From NCBI GenBank assembly GCA_021824625.1, contig JAKAKE010000186.1, forward strand, positions 3,995-67,994: DNA of 64,000 nucleotides, written 5' to 3'. Under the pieces are notes generated by a model that had not been told where the DNA came from, made no database searches, and was given only the letters and a program-made list of their open reading frames with translations. Positions 44,252 through 54,565 of the stretch are shown piece after piece (position 1 is the first letter of the stretch; the number at the start of each line of letters is the position of its first letter). Source of the stretch: Bacteroidota bacterium. Its GTDB lineage: Bacteria > Bacteroidota > Ignavibacteria > Kapaibacteriales > UBA2268. The translations under genes and the position numbers were made by a program.

Positions 44252-46966
44252 TTACATCTTCAAACCAATACTGAAGTATCCAAGGAATGGCCCCCATTTA
44301 ACCCCATTTGGCTCTCTGATAAAATAGAAACTTTTACCTAATGAAAATTTAGCAGGGCCTGCCGGAGTATCAAATGAAACCGAGCCTCCAATACCATGTT
44401 TGAAATCTTCAAATTTGATGTCTTCAGTTACTTCCCATACAGCACCGACATCATACCTAATTGAAAGATATGTATCAAAAAATAATTTTACCGGCAATTT
44501 CAATCTGTAGCCGAGAGAACCTTTAACAATCTGCCTCCCCCTTTCTTCTTCTTCACGCATACCAAAAAAATTATCCTGGCCGCCGAGGCCGAAAAATTCG
44601 GGTAATGGGAGTGTTATATCTGCAAATCCGAAAATTACTTCGGGTCTTATTGTGTGAACACCAAGGGAATAATTTTCGGATATGGATAATAGAGCTTTGG
44701 AAAAACTGATTGAATCTTTTGTCGGGAACAAAGAAGTTTCTAATGATAAATCAATTAATCCTCCTTTTGTAGGAAAGTCTGCACGGTTTTCCGAATCGAA
44801 AATTGTTCCGATTTTAATTGTATTTAAACTTTTAAATGGTCCGGCAATTGTGTCCTTACTAAAAAATCTTTGTTTTTCTAAGCGAAGCTCGAAAGTCATT
44901 GTACCATTCTTTTCTATCTGAGTACCAAACCCGCTTTTTAATCCGAAATTTTCTTCTGTCAATTCTCCTTTTCTTTCTCTTTCAAATCTGCCCGGGGGCA
45001 AATTTACTAAATTGAAGTATTTATAAATATCTCTTTTATTATAATAACCCCGAATGTTGAATGTTAGCATCGTTTCAAATATTCTTGGCACCTGGAAACT
45101 TATTGTTGAATGATAATTTCTGCTTCCGCCCGTTACTCTGGCATCAATTCTATCACCAAGATTTAACAAATTATCCTGTATTAAGTCTAAGCCAAGCTGT
45201 CCGAATCTTTCATTATCAACTCTTCCTGATAATCTTATGGTTTGCGTTCCCAATTCTTTGACAATCACATTCAAGTCAACTCCCCTTTTATCGGATTGTT
45301 TATTCAATTCAATCCCGACATCGCTGAATAACCCGCAGGAAATGAGGTTTTCCCATCCGTCAATGACTTTAACAATGTTTAAAGATTTGCCAATTTTTAC
45401 ATTTATATCTCTCAGTATAAGAAAATCACTTGTGCCTACGTTACCGCTAATATTGATTGTATTAAGCATCCCCTTATCGAAGAATAATGTGAGTTTCCCG
45501 GTCTTTTCATCAAATATTCCCTTTTCGAGTGAAGATACGGAATAATTCTCTTTTCTTAATTCCATGAGTATAAATTCAACTATTTGGGATTTCGTTTGTT
45601 TGTTATAAATCTCATTACCTAATCCTAAATCCTGTGTCAGATTATTCAATCTTATTATTTGATTGTCAGACCACCTGGCTTCGGTTGATATGAGAAAGGG
45701 AAATTGAATTGCTTTCAGCCGCAAAACCGTGTTTTTGTCTGAATTAACAATTTCATAATCAATCTGCTTATACTGCTCCGGCGGCAATTTCCATAAATAC
45801 TCTAATATATTTTTAAAATAAATTCCATTTTTCTGTATATAATCAATCAGTACAATTGAATCCTGCCGGGTGAAACCTGTTAATTCAACATTGCTGAATG
45901 AAATCTTAGATTGTAAATCTTCCACCGGTTTAATGTATTTCGTATAATAAATCGAATCTAATTTCCCCTTAATTATTTTTTCTATTTCAGGCATAAGCTT
46001 CTTTGTTGAAGTTTCACCAATCGAAATCAGTGAGTCGAGATGAGTGAAATCAGAATTTGAATGTTCCTTGATATCAGGTGTTATTAATATATCTGCATTT
46101 TGTGAAGATAGTTTGCTGAAATACATCATTAAAATTGATACAACCTGGTCCGCAAGATTCCACGGCTTGCTTAGTTCTTCGGCAGGAAGTAAGGGTGATA
46201 TAGTATTGACGGCTATAATTAAATCCGGCTTAAATTCTTTGGCAGCCTCCACCGGTATGTTTGCCATCAAACCGCCGTCAACAAGAATCATCGAATCAAT
46301 TCTGACAGGGGTATATCTTAGTGGTACAGCCGCACTGGCTCTCATTGCCGTAACTAAATTTCCCGATTTTAGCGATACAGTCCTTCCTTTTACCAAATCG
46401 GATGTTATCGAACGGAACGGATATTTCAAATTATCAAAATCTCCGTTACTCTGATAAAGTGCGTTCCAGACTAATTTCTGAAGAAAAGCATTGAATTTTG
46501 TTCCAAGAGAAATGGCTTCGGGTACGACAAATTGAAAATTATTAAATCTTAATGTTATTAAGCTCCTGTCCTGTATTACCTTTTGGTCTAAGAAAAGCTC
46601 GCTTCTGTCCTGCTCGCTTCCCAAAGAAAGAATATCATCCCAGTCAGTATTGACCATTATTGAATCTAATTCTTCGGGGCTGTATCCAACGGCATATAAA
46701 CCACCGATTATAGCCCCGATACTGGTTCCTATAATATAATCAGTCGGAATTCCCGATTTTACCAACTCTTTCATTACACCGATTTGTGCAATTCCCCGCG
46801 CTCCGCCTCCGCTTAGAACAATAGCGATTTTTGGATGTATATCTGCAAAAGCCGGTATTGTATTTTTGAAAATAACCGAATCCTTATTCGCTGATCCACC
46901 TGACATTAATTCAATTGGTTCAAGAATTGTCCCAATTACCAGTAAATATAATAATAGTCTTTTCAA
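44252..46966 (-). CDS. Patatin-like phospholipase fused to an Omp85/surface-antigen beta-barrel (PlpD/type Vd-like)
   Basis: VLSGGGARGIAQIG oxyanion motif, GTSIGA nucleophile, and VDGG Asp. C-terminal Omp85-type strands (..RYDVGAVW..GIGGSVSFDTPAGPAKFSLG). Confidence 0.8.
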   Translation of the reverse strand: MKRLLLYLLVIGTILEPIELMSGGSANKDSVIFKNTIPAFADIHPKIAIVLSGGGARGIAQIGVMKELVKSGIPTDYIIGTSIGAIIGGLYAVGYSPEELDSIMVNTDWDDILSLGSEQDRSELFLDQKVIQDRSLITLRFNNFQFVVPEAISLGTKFNAFLQKLVWNALYQSNGDFDNLKYPFRSITSDLVKGRTVSLKSGNLVTAMRASAAVPLRYTPVRIDSMILVDGGLMANIPVEAAKEFKPDLIIAVNTISPLLPAEELSKPWNLADQVVSILMMYFSKLSSQNADILITPDIKEHSNSDFTHLDSLISIGETSTKKLMPEIEKIIKGKLDSIYYTKYIKPVEDLQSKISFSNVELTGFTRQDSIVLIDYIQKNGIYFKNILEYLWKLPPEQYKQIDYEIVNSDKNTVLRLKAIQFPFLISTEARWSDNQIIRLNNLTQDLGLGNEIYNKQTKSQIVEFILMELRKENYSVSSLEKGIFDEKTGKLTLFFDKGMLNTINISGNVGTSDFLILRDINVKIGKSLNIVKVIDGWENLISCGLFSDVGIELNKQSDKRGVDLNVIVKELGTQTIRLSGRVDNERFGQLGLDLIQDNLLNLGDRIDARVTGGSRNYHSTISFQVPRIFETMLTFNIRGYYNKRDIYKYFNLVNLPPGRFERERKGELTEENFGLKSGFGTQIEKNGTMTFELRLEKQRFFSKDTIAGPFKSLNTIKIGTIFDSENRADFPTKGGLIDLSLETSLFPTKDSISFSKALLSISENYSLGVHTIRPEVIFGFADITLPLPEFFGLGGQDNFFGMREEEERGRQIVKGSLGYRLKLPVKLFFDTYLSIRYDVGAVWEVTEDIKFEDFKHGIGGSVSFDTPAGPAKFSLGKSFYFIREPNGVKWGPFLGYFSIGLKM

Positions 46967-46995
46967 TTTATTATTTCAAAATTTTGTTCTTGGTT

Positions 46996-47295
46996 CTACC
47001 TTATCTCAAATCCATCAAACTCACTCGCCGGTTGATTGTATTCAACCTGAATTGATTCAACATGTGCCATCACGGGTCCTCTCTTAAGCTCTTTATGCAG
47101 CTGCTCTACAGCCTGTTTGCCACCTTCAACAATTGTATATACTTTACCGTCCCACAAATTTCGCGTATAACCTCTTAATCCGAGAGAGACAGCATTTTGA
47201 TAAACAAAATATCTGAATCCGACACCCTGCACAAGCCCTGAAACAATGAATTCCGCCCTGATATTTTCTTCCATTCCTATTCTTATTGGTAACAA
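46996..47295 (-). CDS. acyP: Acylphosphatase
   Basis: VSGLVQGVGFRYF...GYTRNL.DG.V. Confidence 0.85.
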   Translation of the reverse strand: MLPIRIGMEENIRAEFIVSGLVQGVGFRYFVYQNAVSLGLRGYTRNLWDGKVYTIVEGGKQAVEQLHKELKRGPVMAHVESIQVEYNQPASEFDGFEIR

Positions 47296-47299
47296 TTAA

Positions 47300-47884
47300 T
47301 TAATCAAGTACAATATCCTGTGCAATTTTTATTGCTGTTTCAGGGTTAATCAATAATTCAACTAAATATAATGCAAATTCAAAGGCAGTTCCGGGGCCCC
47401 TGCCGGTGATGATGCCATAATCATAAATCACTCTTTGCTCCTGATAAGAATAAGTGATTAACGATTCCATGACAGAGGGATGGCTTGTCAGTTTTTGTCC
47501 GGGTTTCAACAAGTTATGCTCTGCAAGTATTAAAGGAGCGGCACATATTGCACCGATTAATCCATTGCGGGAACTGTGTTTTTTTAATATTTCAAGTAAA
47601 ATTTCATTTTTTAATAAATTAGTAGTGCCTTTCATGCCCCCGGGTAAAATGACAGCATCAAATACTTCATTTATGTCAATGTTGGCAATGAGAATGTCGG
47701 GAATCATCTTAACTCCGCGTGAGCATGTAACTATTTCATGTTCTCCGGCTATCTTAACGTTTATGCCGGCCCTTCGCAGTATATCAGCGATAATAACAAC
47801 TTCCATTTCTTCGCTGCCATGAGCGATTGGCAATAATACATTTTTTGACATAATTTCCCTGAATAAATAATTATAATAGAACAA
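47300..47884 (-). CDS. DJ-1/PfpI-family protein (likely start 47851)
   Basis: GAICAAP nucleophile-elbow Cys. GG..G motif. Confidence 0.8.
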   Translation of the reverse strand: MFYYNYLFREIMSKNVLLPIAHGSEEMEVVIIADILRRAGINVKIAGEHEIVTCSRGVKMIPDILIANIDINEVFDAVILPGGMKGTTNLLKNEILLEILKKHSSRNGLIGAICAAPLILAEHNLLKPGQKLTSHPSVMESLITYSYQEQRVIYDYGIITGRGPGTAFEFALYLVELLINPETAIKIAQDIVLD

Positions 47885-48050
47885 AAAAAGGAAAAAAATT
47901 CCTTATTATAAAGAAATTTATATTAACTCATTAATAAACTAAGCAAAAAGACGATAATAAATATATAAAAAGGTATTTTGTAATTATATTTGCCTTGTAT
48001 TTCGGACAATTTGTTTTAATTCATAGTTTTAATTCATAAGAAAATATATA

Positions 48051-49343
48051 ATGACAACTGAAGAATATATTGAAAAAGGGGATTTAGCGGCTAAAAACGA
48101 AGAAGTTGAAAAAGCACTTGAATTCTACTCAAAAGCTATCGAACAAAACCCGCGTTCATCATTTGCTTTTTTTAAAAGAGGTTCTTTATTGACAAGAGCT
48201 CGGATTTTGAATGAAGCTCTTTCGGATTTCGGTAGTTGTATTTTATTGAATAATGAATTTTCCTTTGCATACTTCAAACGGGGTGTTGTCTATCAATTAA
48301 TGAAACAATTTAAAAAATCCATTGAAGATTTCAATATTGCAATTGAATTGAATAACGAATTTTCACTGGCATTTTTCAAAAGAGGATACTCCTACTTGAT
48401 TCTTAAGCAATTTGAAAAAGCACATGAGGATTTTAACAAGGCAATCGAATTGAACCCTACATTTCCTCAGGCTTATTTTCAAAGGGGCAATGCTTATTTT
48501 GTGAAAAAGGATTATAATGAAGCTATTGCAAATTATACACGTGTAATAAGACTGGATTCGAAGAATATGAAGGCTTTGACATCGAGGGGAATTGCCTATA
48601 CTAATATAAAGAATAACAAGGATGGCCTTAACGATTTATCGAGAGCATTGCTGATAAATCCTGATTATGTACCTGCTCTGCTTCAGAGAGGATTGATATA
48701 CAACAAGGTGAGGCATTTCGATTTGGCATTGATGGATTTCAACAGAGTTATTGAGATTAATCCAAATCTTGGAGATGGATACAATAACCGCGCTCTGACC
48801 TACTTTTGCATGAAGGATTATGATAAAGCAATTATTGATTATGACAAGGCTGTTATTCTGCGTCCTAACTCTGCTAACGTTTATTGTAACAGGGGGAATG
48901 CTTTTTACGGTTTAAGAAAATACAGGGAAGGGATGTTGGATTATGATAAGGCAATTGCACTGAATCATACCCTCGAAGCGGCTCATTTGGGTAAGGGTAA
49001 TATTTACGCAAGTATTGGCAGGCATAGTGAAGCTATTAAAAATTATTCAAAGGCTATTACGATTAATCCTAAGTTTATTCAGGCTTATATTGGCAGGGGA
49101 AACGTGTTTATGAAGATGAAATATTTTCTGAAGGCACTCGAGGATTTTACTCTTGCTATTGAAATAAATCCTGAGCATGCTTTTGCATATTTGTACAGGG
49201 GGATAGCATTTAAACAGGAGGATAGGTTTGAACTGGCTGGTAAAGACTTTAATGATTTTCTGAGGCTGCATAGCAGGAGAGACCAGGCAAACGTACAGGT
49301 AAGGAAATGGCTGAGGAAGATGGATATGGAACCTATGTATTAA
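48051..49343 (+). CDS. Tetratricopeptide-repeat protein (about 11 TPRs)
   Basis: Repeated A..DF..AIELNP....AYF.RG units. Confidence 0.8.
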   Translation: MTTEEYIEKGDLAAKNEEVEKALEFYSKAIEQNPRSSFAFFKRGSLLTRARILNEALSDFGSCILLNNEFSFAYFKRGVVYQLMKQFKKSIEDFNIAIELNNEFSLAFFKRGYSYLILKQFEKAHEDFNKAIELNPTFPQAYFQRGNAYFVKKDYNEAIANYTRVIRLDSKNMKALTSRGIAYTNIKNNKDGLNDLSRALLINPDYVPALLQRGLIYNKVRHFDLALMDFNRVIEINPNLGDGYNNRALTYFCMKDYDKAIIDYDKAVILRPNSANVYCNRGNAFYGLRKYREGMLDYDKAIALNHTLEAAHLGKGNIYASIGRHSEAIKNYSKAITINPKFIQAYIGRGNVFMKMKYFLKALEDFTLAIEINPEHAFAYLYRGIAFKQEDRFELAGKDFNDFLRLHSRRDQANVQVRKWLRKMDMEPMY

Positions 49344-49495
49344 ATTTTTTGCATAAGAATATCATTCTTGTTTATCAAATCACCAATTAATATTCATAAA
49401 AATTACATCATTATTATTATTTTAATTTGCTCGAATAATTTTTTTTGCTTACATTGAAATTTTAACTTGATTGTGGAATTTAACTTTTAAAGAAT

Positions 49496-52384
49496 ATGAA
49501 AAATATTAATATCAAATTTTGGTTAGCCTGCATTTCTGTGAATTTGTTTTTTTTTACCTCCCATAACCTTTATTCACAGCCACCTTCAACACCCGTGACA
49601 CCGATGGCTACAACTGACGGGATTGTTAGCTGCGTAGTAAGGTCGGGTAATACAATATATATTGGCGGTTCTTTTATGATGCTGAAGAATCCTGATAATT
49701 CAATCGCTCTGAGAAATAATATAGCGGCTATTGATGCGACGACCGGTTTCGCAACATCATGGAATCCAAATTCTGATGGGGCTGTTCTGACTATGGCTTT
49801 GTCGGGCAGTGTCCTTTATGTGGGCGGAGGGTTCACAAGTATAGGTGGGCAATCAAGGAATAATATAGCGGCATTGAAAACAGACACGGATTTTTTTATT
49901 GCGAACACATGGAATCCGAATGCGAATGATGTGGTAACAAAGATTATTTTGTCAGGAACGAATATTTATTGTGCGGGGAGTTTTACCAACATAGGTGGAG
50001 CAAACCGAGCCGGACTTGGTGCTGTTACGACGATGATGGACGGGAATAATGCAACGGCATGGAATCCGGCTTCGAATGGTACTGTGAATGATATTTTGCT
50101 TGCTGGTTCTAAAATGTATGTCGCAGGTTCTTTTTCTACAATCGGTGGACAGAGCAGGAATAATTTAGCAGCAGTGAATACAAGCGATAACAATGCAACG
50201 GCGTGGAATCCTAATGCTAATAATACGGTCATGGCTATATCAAACCTGGGTAATACCCTGTATGCGGCAGGAAGTTTTACTACAATAGGGGGACAGACTC
50301 GCATAAGAATTGCTGCTTTGGATATGTTAATAAATACCAATAATGCAACATTGTGGAACCCTGATGTGAATGGGACTATTAATGCCCTGAAAGCCTTTGA
50401 CGGACGTGTATATATTGGGGGTACTTTTTCGATTGTGAATAGTGAGGCGAGGAATTTTATTGCATCAATTGATGTATTATTAAATAAAAATAATTCAACT
50501 TCATGGTATCCAATTCTTAATTCCTTTGTAGAGAAAATCAATATTCAGGATTCGATTGTTTATTTAGGGGGAAATTTTTCTACGATAAATGGATTAAGCC
50601 GGCCTCATTTTGCTGTGTTTCAGCCGGTGCTTCCTACTCTGACGACTAATTATGTATCAAATATAACAATAAGTAGTGCAGTCAGCGGAGGAAATATCAC
50701 TGCAGACGGTGGTCCTGCCGTAATCAGACGCGGTGTATGCTGGAGCCTAAATCCTAACCCGACAATTGAAGATGATACAACTATTAGCGGTTTGGGAATC
50801 GGCAGTTTTGCAAGCACAATGACAGGACTAAGCATATACAGCAACTATAAAGTTAGGGCTTATGCAACGAGTGCAATAGGCACAGCTTATGGTAATGAAA
50901 TTTCATTTTATACACTTCCTGCCGTTTATACAGGCACAATATCCTCTAATCAGTTCTGTGCGGGAGATAGCGTAGTTGTCCCTTACGATGCTACCCCGGG
51001 TTTTGAGGTTGCTAATTATTTCATTGCTCAGCTATCCGACCACCTCGGAAGTTTTGCAAATCCGGTTGTACTGGATTCCATACATAGCAAGGAATCGGGT
51101 GAGATTCATACAATCATTCCCTTAAGCAGCCCCTTTGGGATTTATTACAGATTCAGGGTTATTGCAACACAACCTTCTTCTACTCTCAGGGACAATAGCG
51201 TTGATTTACAAATAAACGAATTACCTGATGTTTCACTAAGTTCTTTTCCTGATGTATGTATTGGCATTCCTGTTATGGATATGACAGGCGGTACTCCTGT
51301 CGGCGGGACATATACCGGGGTTGGTGTTCTAAATAATCAATTTGATGCTTCGGTTGCCGGTGTTGGCTCTCATACAATTACTTATACCTACAGCGATGGA
51401 TTCGGATGTTTTAATAAGTCTGTTTCGATAATCAAAGTGAATCCATTACCGGTTGTCAGCATACAAATACAGCCTGATATTTGCATTGATGCTCAGCCGA
51501 TAAACATTACAGGAGGTTCACCATCGGGAGGCACATATTCAGGAAACGGAGTAGCCGGTTCAACTTTTAATCCGAAAACTGCGGGTGTAGGTACTCATAC
51601 GATTGCTTATACTTATACTGACCCAAACGGATGCACAAATTCTGATTCTGTTGATATTAATGTTAATCCGCTGCCTGTTGTTTCTCTTTCAAATTTCAAT
51701 GATGTGTGCCTGAATACAGCATCATTCCGGCTCACGGGTGGTACACCCGGCGGGGGAGACTTTACCGGAACAGGAGTGATTAATAATGAATTTGACCCAT
51801 CCGTTGCCGGAGTCGGTATTCATATAGTTCAATATTCTTTTACAGATAGCAAAGGCTGTGCCGATAGTGCAACAAACACCATTAAGGTAAAACCAATTCC
51901 TCCGAAACCCGTTATAACCCAGGTTGACTACCGTACTCTCAGTTCCAGTGCTGAAAATGGCAATCAATGGTATCTTAACGGAATAATACTGCCCGCTGAT
52001 ACCTCAAAATTAATCCACCCCAAAGCTTCAGCCCGTTTTACAGTTCAGGTTAAAGGTGATAACGGATGTTTATCTGATATATCCGATGAATTTGTTTTTC
52101 ATTCACTCGCTGTTGAAGATTTGAATTTAGCATATAATATTTCTATATATCCCATTCCGGCAGATAATGAATTATTCGTTCGGATTAATTCCGATTTTAT
52201 TTCACAATTGAATATTTCAATTAACAATTTGCTCGGTGAAAAAATCATATCGAAATTAATATCAGGAATTGATGGTAACAGAATTGAAAAAATTAATACA
52301 AACATGCTTTCAGATGGTATTTATATAGTAAATATCACAGTGGGGAATGAATCTTTCATCAGAAAAATCATTATTCAAAGATGA
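49496..52384 (+). CDS. T9SS cargo: beta-propeller-type repeats + Ig-like repeats + C-terminal sorting domain
   Basis: About 8 repeats of WNPNANG.V..I...G..LY.GG.FT.IGGQ.RN.IAA, 3 repeats of GGTY(S/T)G.GV...F(D/N)..VAGVG.H.I.Y.Y, and the C-terminus IYPIPADNELFV...GIYIVNITVGNESFIRKIII. Confidence 0.8.
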   Translation: MKNINIKFWLACISVNLFFFTSHNLYSQPPSTPVTPMATTDGIVSCVVRSGNTIYIGGSFMMLKNPDNSIALRNNIAAIDATTGFATSWNPNSDGAVLTMALSGSVLYVGGGFTSIGGQSRNNIAALKTDTDFFIANTWNPNANDVVTKIILSGTNIYCAGSFTNIGGANRAGLGAVTTMMDGNNATAWNPASNGTVNDILLAGSKMYVAGSFSTIGGQSRNNLAAVNTSDNNATAWNPNANNTVMAISNLGNTLYAAGSFTTIGGQTRIRIAALDMLINTNNATLWNPDVNGTINALKAFDGRVYIGGTFSIVNSEARNFIASIDVLLNKNNSTSWYPILNSFVEKINIQDSIVYLGGNFSTINGLSRPHFAVFQPVLPTLTTNYVSNITISSAVSGGNITADGGPAVIRRGVCWSLNPNPTIEDDTTISGLGIGSFASTMTGLSIYSNYKVRAYATSAIGTAYGNEISFYTLPAVYTGTISSNQFCAGDSVVVPYDATPGFEVANYFIAQLSDHLGSFANPVVLDSIHSKESGEIHTIIPLSSPFGIYYRFRVIATQPSSTLRDNSVDLQINELPDVSLSSFPDVCIGIPVMDMTGGTPVGGTYTGVGVLNNQFDASVAGVGSHTITYTYSDGFGCFNKSVSIIKVNPLPVVSIQIQPDICIDAQPINITGGSPSGGTYSGNGVAGSTFNPKTAGVGTHTIAYTYTDPNGCTNSDSVDINVNPLPVVSLSNFNDVCLNTASFRLTGGTPGGGDFTGTGVINNEFDPSVAGVGIHIVQYSFTDSKGCADSATNTIKVKPIPPKPVITQVDYRTLSSSAENGNQWYLNGIILPADTSKLIHPKASARFTVQVKGDNGCLSDISDEFVFHSLAVEDLNLAYNISIYPIPADNELFVRINSDFISQLNISINNLLGEKIISKLISGIDGNRIEKINTNMLSDGIYIVNITVGNESFIRKIIIQR

Positions 52385-52475
52385 TTTTGGAAAACACCGG
52401 ATGAACAGCCAATATCTTTATATAGTGGAGTAAATGATACACGATAATTATGATTTTAGTCACTTACTTGTTTAT

Positions 52476-52502
52476 AAGTGGATAAATCCACTTGTTTTTT
52501 TA
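52476..52502 (+). terminator. Rho-independent terminator after the T9SS cargo gene
   Basis: AAGTGGA-TAAA-TCCACTT followed by GTTTTTTT. Confidence 0.65.
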
Positions 52503-52554
52503 CCCATAATCAAAACCACTACTTAAAAGTGGCGGCTGTTCGTTAAAAAAAAAT

Positions 52555-53565
52555 TCACTCCATCTCTTTAATCAATTTCAACCCAATCGCCATTGCCCCC
52601 TCAAGTGCTGTACCTTTTGGTTGAACTCTTTTGAATATTTTATGTTTCTTTATTTCCTTGTCGAGCATTTTTTCTAGCATTGTGTTGTTTTCGATTATTC
52701 CACCCATCAAAGCTACATTAATAACTTTAGATTTGTAATTTTTTCTCAAAGCATGTAAAAGTTCCATCAGATGCAACGATGCTCTTTGCAATATATCAAT
52801 ACACACTTCATCCCCTTTTTCGGCACATTGCATTACGACCGGCGTCAGCATTTGGTATTCAAACGAACGGTCAGCATAAGCTTTGACAATTGTTCTTGGT
52901 TGTTTTATATCAATAGTGGGAAATAATCCTGTAAGCTGGTTTGTGAGTTTAGTGGCTTTTCCTCTTCCGTCAATAGCACGTACTACGGCAGTCAAACCTT
53001 CCCTGCCAATCCAGGCACCGCTTCCTTCGTCGTCAATCTCGATTCCCCAGCCGCCGCACCTGGCCAGGTTTTCTTTTCCTACTTTACCTAATGATATGGA
53101 ACCTGTGCCGACAATCATCACAATACCTTCGGTACCTCCGAAAGCACCTTCCAATGCAAGTTCGGCATCGCTTGTAACAAGCAGGTCATTAAGTACTAAC
53201 TTCTGACTTCTGGCTAATGTTTTGAGCAACTGGGCTGACCTTCGCTTTTCATCCTCGAGCCAGACACCTGCCAAACCTATGATAATTGCGTCCAGTTCGG
53301 TGGATTCAATTTCTGCCTGTTCGCATAAATCCTCTATTATATTCAGAAGTCTCTCGCATGATTCTCCTACACCTACCGTTCCGACACGTGTCGTTCCTGC
53401 AAATGTCTTACCTGCTATTTTTCCTTCTCTCTGTAAAATACCGCGTGTCCTTGTTCCGCCTCCGTCAATTCCTATTATCGTAAAATCATTCTTAACTGCC
53501 ATCAAATTTTCCTGTTTTTTTGAAATTTTTACTTTCAACAAATATTGGCAAATTTTATGCCACAA
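52555..53565 (-). CDS. BadF/BadG/BcrA/BcrD-type ATPase (N-acetylglucosamine kinase-like). Likely start 53502.
   Basis: IGIDGGGTRTRG phosphate-1 motif. MIVGTGS. The longer start would include a promoter-like motif. Confidence 0.75.
   Translation of the reverse strand: MWHKICQYLLKVKISKKQENLMAVKNDFTIIGIDGGGTRTRGILQREGKIAGKTFAGTTRVGTVGVGESCERLLNIIEDLCEQAEIESTELDAIIIGLAGVWLEDEKRRSAQLLKTLARSQKLVLNDLLVTSDAELALEGAFGGTEGIVMIVGTGSISLGKVGKENLARCGGWGIEIDDEGSGAWIGREGLTAVVRAIDGRGKATKLTNQLTGLFPTIDIKQPRTIVKAYADRSFEYQMLTPVVMQCAEKGDEVCIDILQRASLHLMELLHALRKNYKSKVINVALMGGIIENNTMLEKMLDKEIKKHKIFKRVQPKGTALEGAMAIGLKLIKEME
53547..53562 (-). promoter_or_regulatory. Candidate sigma-54 promoter (TGGCAT-N5-TTGC on the minus strand)
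   Basis: Minus-strand TGGCATAAAATTTGCC with correct GG-N10-GC spacing, about 45 nt upstream of ATG 53502. It is also a TGGCA-N7-TGCCA palindrome, so it could instead be an operator. Confidence 0.35.
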
Positions 53566-53775
53566 CCTTAAAACAATAACGAACTACAAATTATGAATTA
53601 CAAATTACGAATTAATATTTTGCAATAACCATAACGCGTTTGCACGGGGTTGAAAATAATCAATACCTGCAATTTACCATATAGACACATTGCATTGTGT
53701 CGCTACATTATATAATATCATCGTTTTATTTTTATATGACAGAGAATACCCTGCCCCTACATTTTATATTTTGCA

Positions 53776-54012
53776 TTAACCATAATATTCATCAATGAAA
53801 TCCCTTTCCCTGCCTGCAGATTCAACTTTGTTATCATCTACTGGAAGAACATATATCTCCAAAAGCTTGTTTACATATTCTTTGGGAAGTTTAATTAAAA
53901 CTTCCTCCGATTCTGTGACTTCTATTGTTCTATACATTTTATTTTCCTCATTTATAATTAAATGCTTTAACATTTCAGATAATTTGATATTTGTCATGCT
54001 GTTTTTATCCAA
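53776..54012 (-). CDS. Hypothetical small protein (possibly antitoxin-like)
   Basis: ORF only. The KLPKEYVNKLLEIYVLPVDD segment resembles SpoVT/AbrB-like antitoxin tails. Weak. Confidence 0.25.
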   Translation of the reverse strand: MDKNSMTNIKLSEMLKHLIINEENKMYRTIEVTESEEVLIKLPKEYVNKLLEIYVLPVDDNKVESAGRERDFIDEYYG

Positions 54013-54547
54013 AGCAATATATGCTTGAACAAAAAAAAAGCACGAGCTTTTTCCGAAAAAAATTCGGAATAAAAACTATTTTTGATTTATTTGATTATTT
54101 AATTGAAATCTGTTGGTTTATTTAGGCATCTGCCTATGCATGTAACAATGCTGGTGTTTGGAATATTTTTTGGTAGATACAAAGGAAGAATAAGAAGAAT
54201 TTGCAAATGTAAAATTGCCGGCAATAAAGCCGTTCGCAGGTGCATCCAGCTCCGAAGGAGCATCAGCCGCAGGGAATAGGTAAGGTAACATATTATTACT
54301 CCTAGAAAAATTAAGTAAAATAATTTAACAGAAACCATAAACGAACTTTGTTTGGGATTATTTTATTTATTAATTCATGTTGACTTTTAAAAGAATTTAT
54401 TTATTAAACTATTACCATGTCCATCTTGATTTTAAAAATCGTATGTAAATATTTCCAGATTATCAGTAGGTAAACTTGATAGAGAAAATTTAAAAAAAAT
54501 TATCCTAATTTAATTTTACTCATTCGTAAAACCTTCTTATTTTTGAA

Positions 54548-54565
54548 TTGTGAAAAAAATCACAA
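54548..54565 (+). promoter_or_regulatory. Rex operator (TTGTGAA-N4-ATCACAA)
   Basis: One mismatch to the TTGTGAA-N4-TTCACAA Rex box. Overlaps the GTG/ATG alternative starts immediately upstream of rex. Confidence 0.6.

Noticed and set aside
49966-50541. 191-aa minus-strand ORF
   Set aside because: Antisense shadow of the repeat region of the T9SS cargo gene.
54215-54285. GC-rich islet with a GCTC-CGAAG-GAGC hairpin in a 540-bp AT-rich intergenic region, considered as SRP (4.5S) RNA or another small ncRNA
   Set aside because: The 3' side (GAGC-AUCA-GCC) vaguely resembles SRP domain IV. However, the 5' side lacks the conserved GGU-CAGG-UCC arrangement, and no closing helix can be drawn by hand. 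This is insufficient without a covariance-model scan (Rfam SRP_bact, 6S and others), which would settle it.
54099-54338. 79-aa minus-strand ORF
   Set aside because: Low-complexity hydrophobic translation, no RBS, and it overlaps the GC-rich islet. Likely spurious.
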